NCBI GenBank assembly: GCA_038861545.1
Contig: JAWCCZ010000001.1
Location: 160,001 to 224,000, forward strand
Length of the DNA: 64,000 bases
From: Thermofilaceae archaeon
Lineage (GTDB): Archaea; Thermoproteota; Thermoprotei; Thermofilales; Thermofilaceae
Direction of reading: 5' to 3'
Position 1 is the first letter of the stretch; every line of letters begins with the position of its first letter. A program made the position numbers and the translations under genes. Positions 59,434 to 64,000 of the stretch are shown one piece after another. The notes under the pieces were generated by a model. It saw nothing but the letters and a program-made list of their open reading frames with translations, was not told the origin of the DNA and did not search any database.

Positions 59434-59721
59434 ATGATAACGCGTAGCGAGCTTGAGTCCCTTGTATCCTGGGCAAGATCAGCTTCTCGCAAAGTTCGAG
59501 TATACTTTAGGGGTTACAAATATGTTCTAACAGTTAGCAGATATGTAGAGGCCACAGACATCTCTGGTCGTGCAGTTCCATGGGCTACTGCCTTCGGGTC
59601 CAAAGCTCCACATGATGTGCTATCTTCTTTCAAAATCGAAAGGGTTGTCCTCGAGGAGGAAGGTCATACTAAGACATTCAACAGTATTGAAGAACTGCTA
59701 AAGCATGCCGGTATCCGTTAA
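59434..59721 (+). CDS. Hypothetical protein
   Basis: 95-aa ORF filling the gap between genes; no recognised motif. Confidence 0.6.
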   Translation: MITRSELESLVSWARSASRKVRVYFRGYKYVLTVSRYVEATDISGRAVPWATAFGSKAPHDVLSSFKIERVVLEEEGHTKTFNSIEELLKHAGIR

Positions 59722-60176
59722 TATACTTTAACCTCCCATCGGAGAATCTTTTGGTAATCTTTATCAAACCAGAATTTACCTTCCACTGTTTTACCGGCCA
59801 AAACCTGTGGTAACCATACCCTATCATCTTCCCACATTTCACAGTAGGGTAAGGACTCAATATCATACCACTGAGGTTCTGCCTCTTCACTCGGTTTTGG
59901 TTCACCCTCGAATTTCTTAGAGCGGTATATATACACGACCCAATCGGGGTTATCGTTTGTTGAGTAAAACTCTAGCTTGCCAGCAGGCTCCAGCTCCAAT
60001 ATTTTAACGCTAACTTCTTCTAAAACCTCCCTGATAGCTGCCTCAACTGGAGACTCACCTACCTCGATACGGCCTCCAACACCGTTAAGCTTACCTTTAC
60101 CGAAACCAACTTTTTTCCGTATTAACAGCACCTTCCCATTTTTCTCCAAGAAGCACAGCGTAGCAAACGTAACCAT
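59718..60176 (-). CDS. Nudix hydrolase, 8-oxo-dGTPase (MTH1-like)
   Basis: GG.IE.GE....AA.RE..EE Nudix box; MWEDD..WL motif. Confidence 0.9.
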   Translation of the reverse strand: MVTFATLCFLEKNGKVLLIRKKVGFGKGKLNGVGGRIEVGESPVEAAIREVLEEVSVKILELEPAGKLEFYSTNDNPDWVVYIYRSKKFEGEPKPSEEAEPQWYDIESLPYCEMWEDDRVWLPQVLAGKTVEGKFWFDKDYQKILRWEVKVY

Positions 60177-60206
60177 CCCGAATGTAAAAGTAGAAGCAGT
60201 TTAAAA

Positions 60207-60653
60207 TTAACGGTTAAAACCTTTTATCCAATGTTTTAGTTTTCTAAGCAAAGTTCTTTTTTCCTTTAAAATACCGTTAACGTTGGTATAGGTTCCTAAG
60301 AGTTCGGTTACCCAGTTTTCTTTGAGCAATTCATCCAAGAGTGTGGATAACCCTCTTTTTAGTATAATGTCGCTTTTCTCTGACCCTTTTATTGCTGAGT
60401 GTACTATTCGAATCATTTTATCACTACTGAATCCTTTCAGCCATGCGTACCCAATAATCGCCTCATAAAGATCCTCTGGAAGATTATCGCCGATCCTTCG
60501 CAACCCCTTTTTTAAGGCTACGTCGCGGAGGATTCTATTGGGAACCCGGATTCCTTGCGGCGAACCTGTAGATAAAGTGAGAGCAGCGGAAGCTATGAAG
60601 TTCACTACTACATCTCCAAATCTAGCAAGCTCCTTTAGTCTTAGGTAGCTCAT
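60207..60653 (-). CDS. Archaeal RNase III-like domain protein
   Basis: LARFGD..VNF and YEAIIGYAWL motifs. Confidence 0.75.
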   Translation of the reverse strand: MSYLRLKELARFGDVVVNFIASAALTLSTGSPQGIRVPNRILRDVALKKGLRRIGDNLPEDLYEAIIGYAWLKGFSSDKMIRIVHSAIKGSEKSDIILKRGLSTLLDELLKENWVTELLGTYTNVNGILKEKRTLLRKLKHWIKGFNR

Positions 60654-60931
60654 TTAGGCACTTGTTCTACGAGTTCTTCGAAAATATTTCTTACCTTTTC
60701 CAAGGCTTCCTTGAGAGCATCCAACGGTGACTTGCCCTCATTGGTAATCACAGTTAATGAATATGAGTCAGCTAGGGGATGGTCTCTCTTATAGGCAGCG
60801 AATACTACTTTAGGGTCCTCGTTTAACTTTTCTACTAACACGTTCAGTAAAGCGTGATCCTCTCCTTTAACTTTCAAATCTAGCCTGTTTTCCTCGTTTC
60901 TTACCACTGTGATTTCAAGGTTTTTGCTCAC
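60650..60931 (-). CDS. rpoL: RNA polymerase subunit Rpo11/L
   Basis: GEDH.L.N.L and FAAY..DHPL motifs. Confidence 0.93.
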   Translation of the reverse strand: MSKNLEITVVRNEENRLDLKVKGEDHALLNVLVEKLNEDPKVVFAAYKRDHPLADSYSLTVITNEGKSPLDALKEALEKVRNIFEELVEQVPK

Positions 60932-61565
60932 GATTGTCCTTTCGTAATGTGGATAAAAAAGCCTTTACCTTTTGCAGGGCTTCATTATAGCCTGAAGCTA
61001 ACGTGTAACATTTCGTGCTGGTGTCTTCACGAGCCAGCCCTAATACCTTGAGGCGTTCTAAAACTTCTTTAACTTCTGCGTCAATGACAACAGCTAAGAC
61101 CGCTACTAATTTCTTCAATGAAGGAGTTGCTTGTAACGGAAGAGCTTCTGAGTACTTTTCAGATAAAGCCCCAGCAATTTCGCATACTTCTGAGTAGCTA
61201 GCGTTGGTTGTTATGTACCCCTTCTCTAGACGAGCTTGGTAGCCCCTTAAAGTAAGGACGTCGACTATTGCCGTCAGAGGTATCCCAATGACCAGTTTAG
61301 TGGAAGGCAGGATTAGACCCAAGTTATGCCTGAATAAACCTTGCTTAGGCAATCGCCTGGAAAGTCTCCATTGCTTAGCAATTTCCATAATTTTAGTATA
61401 GTTTTCCTCCAGCTTATCGGGTGTTCCCATTAAAACCAGTTTCAAAAAACATCCTTTAATCTCAGCGGCTCCACCGCCTAAGAAAGGCACTACATGTTCA
61501 AGAAACTCCGTAGCCTCGCTGGATGATTTAAAATTCAACGTTATAGTTTTTTTAATTTTCTTCAC
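60915..61565 (-). CDS. DUF2067-like protein
   Basis: Position between csl4 and rpoL; FKSSSEA.EFLE pattern. Confidence 0.6.
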   Translation of the reverse strand: MKKIKKTITLNFKSSSEATEFLEHVVPFLGGGAAEIKGCFLKLVLMGTPDKLEENYTKIMEIAKQWRLSRRLPKQGLFRHNLGLILPSTKLVIGIPLTAIVDVLTLRGYQARLEKGYITTNASYSEVCEIAGALSEKYSEALPLQATPSLKKLVAVLAVVIDAEVKEVLERLKVLGLAREDTSTKCYTLASGYNEALQKVKAFLSTLRKDNREQKP

Positions 61566-61566
61566 A

Positions 61567-62121
61567 TCACCTTACCACATATCCTTTGGATACTTTTTTT
61601 CTCTTGAATATCTTCCTGCAATTTGTGCAGTAAAGCCAGAGACCTCTTTTCTTCAATGAAGTTAAGCATTTAGGACACCTAGCGAAAATCAAGCCGTAGT
61701 GAGCTCCTCGAACCGACAGCGAAAACGGCGGTTTTCCAGAAATTACTCGGGCCCTTACAATATCACCGTAACCTAGAAGCTCATAAATGTTCCGTATCTT
61801 CAGACCCACCTCAGAAATGTGTAAAGATCCCCTATACGGTGGTATATGCAAGCGCTCTTTACTTTCATTATAAAATATATCTAAGAACGCTACCATATCC
61901 CTTAAACCGACCACCATAGCTTGGATAACGTCGTTTTCCTCGAGCACTGAGGGGTCTTTAACTCGACGAACTTGTACCTCATGTTTAAACACATTGACGT
62001 GCACGTATCCAGCGACTTTGGCTCTAACAATCCATTCATGGGTATATGAATTGAGAGTTGGCAAGTATTCCTCTAAAACTCCCAGCTCATCGCCAGGTAC
62101 GACGAACTCCTTATTAACCAT
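61567..62121 (-). CDS. csl4: Exosome subunit Csl4
   Basis: VVPGD.LG..EEY, S1 domain GDIVRARVIS, Zn ribbon. Confidence 0.92.
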   Translation of the reverse strand: MVNKEFVVPGDELGVLEEYLPTLNSYTHEWIVRAKVAGYVHVNVFKHEVQVRRVKDPSVLEENDVIQAMVVGLRDMVAFLDIFYNESKERLHIPPYRGSLHISEVGLKIRNIYELLGYGDIVRARVISGKPPFSLSVRGAHYGLIFARCPKCLTSLKKRGLWLYCTNCRKIFKRKKVSKGYVVR

Positions 62122-62151
62122 ATGAGTGACATCTACAGCTCTAAAAAAGCG

Positions 62152-62826
62152 TTACCCTTTAGATACTCTAATTGCAGCTACTCTTACTTTATGTGACTTT
62201 TTGCGGTGATGTGACATAGTTGGAGGTAAACGGATAACTTCTTCAAATAAGATTTCGGGGGAATAACCCATTTCCTTGCACTTAGCTAAAACGTAATCTA
62301 AGGATTCTACCTTATGTATGCTGAAGACTGTAGGCGCAAGCCTGAGTGCATTCCGCAAAAACTCTATATCAACCCCTTTCTTATGAACTCCAAAAGGTGG
62401 GTTCTGTATTACACAGCGTGCATTTCTGGAAGCTTCAAATTTTGAAGCTTCCACACATACAGTATCCACGTAGGCTTCTACCCCTAAACTTCTAGCTGCG
62501 GCTAGCGCAACCCTTAATGCCTTTGCATCAATGTCTACTAGGATCACGTGAGGTGCACCTAAGATAGCTGCTCCAAGTCCTAGTCGCCCAGTTCCAGCTC
62601 CAAGATCTATTATAGTTCCCTCGAGGTCATGATAGAAAGCTGCAATCCACAGTATTCTGGACGCTAGATGAGGAGGCGTAACATACTGTTCAAGTTCAAC
62701 CCTAGGTTGGGGATACGAAGGTATCCTAGATATAAGTATCTCTAGAATTTTTTTCCTAAGCGGCCTTTGTTTTCCATACAAAGAGCCCTGCGCGTAAGAG
62801 TGCCACGAATACCTTTCAATCACCAC
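62152..62826 (-). CDS. METTL5-family methyltransferase (start probably near 62781)
   Basis: LEQYVTP, DLGAGTG and NPPFG motifs. Confidence 0.9.
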   Translation of the reverse strand: MVIERYSWHSYAQGSLYGKQRPLRKKILEILISRIPSYPQPRVELEQYVTPPHLASRILWIAAFYHDLEGTIIDLGAGTGRLGLGAAILGAPHVILVDIDAKALRVALAAARSLGVEAYVDTVCVEASKFEASRNARCVIQNPPFGVHKKGVDIEFLRNALRLAPTVFSIHKVESLDYVLAKCKEMGYSPEILFEEVIRLPPTMSHHRKKSHKVRVAAIRVSKG

Positions 62827-64000
62827 TTATACCTCAGGATAGCAGCTATTCCTCCAAAGACCTTCAGGAATTCCCTCCCCTCACCTGTTTCTAAGGATAC
62901 GAGAACTACCTCAGCTCCATTTTCTTCTGCTAGTTTACCTAACTCTTCGATGAGCAATACTTTTTCAAAGATTTCTATATCTAATGACCCGCACTTAGCG
63001 CATTTAACCTCATTTCCCTCAAAAGTTTCTTGATTTTCAAAATTACAAGCTCGACACTTGTAATGTATTCGGGCTTTCTTTACTGCTTCTGAGATTAACA
63101 ATGTTTTGACGGCGTTAGCTTCTAGAGATTTTCTAACTTCTTCTTCACCGTAAACGGCTAAACCGGTATCCCTTGCTACGTGGTAGAGCAACTCGTTTAC
63201 CACTTCTTTTTCCTTTATGTACTGAACATCCTTTAACAGCTCTTGAGCCCTGTTAAGTAGCTCATATATGCCGGCCTCACCTCCGTAGCCTACGTCGAAA
63301 ACTCCAAGAATCTTATCCTTCAATTGATAGTGGAGGTAATCACCTTTTAGAAATTCCTCTTTCGAGGGACCAGGTCCACCCACTATTAACCCCTTTAAAT
63401 CTGTGACTTCAAGGAATATTTTATTTGCATAATCGCCAACTCGTTTATAGAATTCATGGGTAAGTTGTTCAATTATTCTTTCGAATCTCCTAGCTGATTG
63501 TCCTCCAGCTCTATGCTTACGAGGAATCCCTGACTCAATCTCCTTCACTATCTGTAACGATTTTCCCTTCAAAATCGCAAAAGCCGCTTCGCCTCTGTCG
63601 ATTACCATTAAACCGAAAGACTCCTTGATCGAAATCATATCATCTAGAATTTCAGTGTAGAAGCGCGAATCACACCTGTAAAGCCAAACCTTAAGTTTTT
63701 CTGGAGGTTCCAGCACGTGAACCTCCAGTTTCTCGCTGCCAGGTGAATCCCCCTCTACATAACCAGCGAAAATTACAAGGCCGTTAGGTGGAGTCGTTTT
63801 GAAAAGTTTAAGTCTCTGCATAACGGCTGTTAGAGCATCAAGTACATGATGGCGAGTTGTCCGGTCTTTAATGTTAGATGCTGAAGAGTATTCGCTTCTA
63901 AGAACTTCCGCTACCTCGCTTAACGGCCGCCCAGTCGGTATATACAGTGAAATCAGCTCCGTTCCTCTTCCGGTCTTGCTTTTAAGCTCGTTTAGGAACC
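62820..64000 (-). CDS. prf1: Peptide chain release factor aRF1 (5' end outside window)
   Basis: Frame stays open to the window edge (GRGTELISLYIP, ASNIKD); YRCD and GGQS motifs. Confidence 0.96.
   Translation of the reverse strand, partial: FLNELKSKTGRGTELISLYIPTGRPLSEVAEVLRSEYSSASNIKDRTTRHHVLDALTAVMQRLKLFKTTPPNGLVIFAGYVEGDSPGSEKLEVHVLEPPEKLKVWLYRCDSRFYTEILDDMISIKESFGLMVIDRGEAAFAILKGKSLQIVKEIESGIPRKHRAGGQSARRFERIIEQLTHEFYKRVGDYANKIFLEVTDLKGLIVGGPGPSKEEFLKGDYLHYQLKDKILGVFDVGYGGEAGIYELLNRAQELLKDVQYIKEKEVVNELLYHVARDTGLAVYGEEEVRKSLEANAVKTLLISEAVKKARIHYKCRACNFENQETFEGNEVKCAKCGSLDIEIFEKVLLIEELGKLAEENGAEVVLVSLETGEGREFLKVFGGIAAILRYKW

Noticed and set aside
901-63033. Many short ORFs antisense to or nested in long genes (e.g. 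901-1275, 2525-3019, 36886-37269, 53946-54380)
   Set aside because: They overlap well-supported genes and carry no recognisable motifs
63864-63875. aRF1 has NIKD instead of NIKS
   Set aside because: This position varies among archaeal aRF1; all three stop codons end genes normally here, so there is no sign of recoding
1-64000. CRISPR array, integrase, transposase or tRNA att duplication
   Set aside because: No regularly spaced repeats, recombinase motifs or duplicated tRNA 3' ends were seen by eye

Overview
Archaeal chromosomal window of moderate GC. Gene content (RpoG, SmAP3, S30e, AMP phosphorylase, GatDE) and intron-rich tRNAs point to Thermoproteota, probably Thermofilaceae (inference). 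The right end is a conserved housekeeping block (aRF1, METTL5, csl4, rpoL, rpoG, Lsm, tgtA, rps8e, srp19, gatDE, rps30e). Other housekeeping genes are cdc6/orc1, ksgA, tsaC, thiL, tldD/pmbA and apgM. The left and middle carry sugar and redox genes (GH5, GH116, an uncharacterised GH-like protein, AOR, Gfo/Idh/MocA). Features missed by the ORF track are five intron-containing tRNAs (Thr, Pro, Ser, Val, and Lys with two introns), two C/D box sRNAs, rps30e, a probable CTG start for ksgA, and three decayed loci. The best novelty candidates are a wHTH/tandem ATP-cone/HEPN-like protein beside a SerK-like kinase and apgM, a P-loop kinase/nucleoside-deoxyribosyltransferase fusion, a MurL/QueC-like PP-loop enzyme with a GNAT, and a decayed regulator operon with an intact RadA paralog. 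No CRISPR array, integrase or transposase was seen. All family calls come from motif recognition by eye, not database searches.
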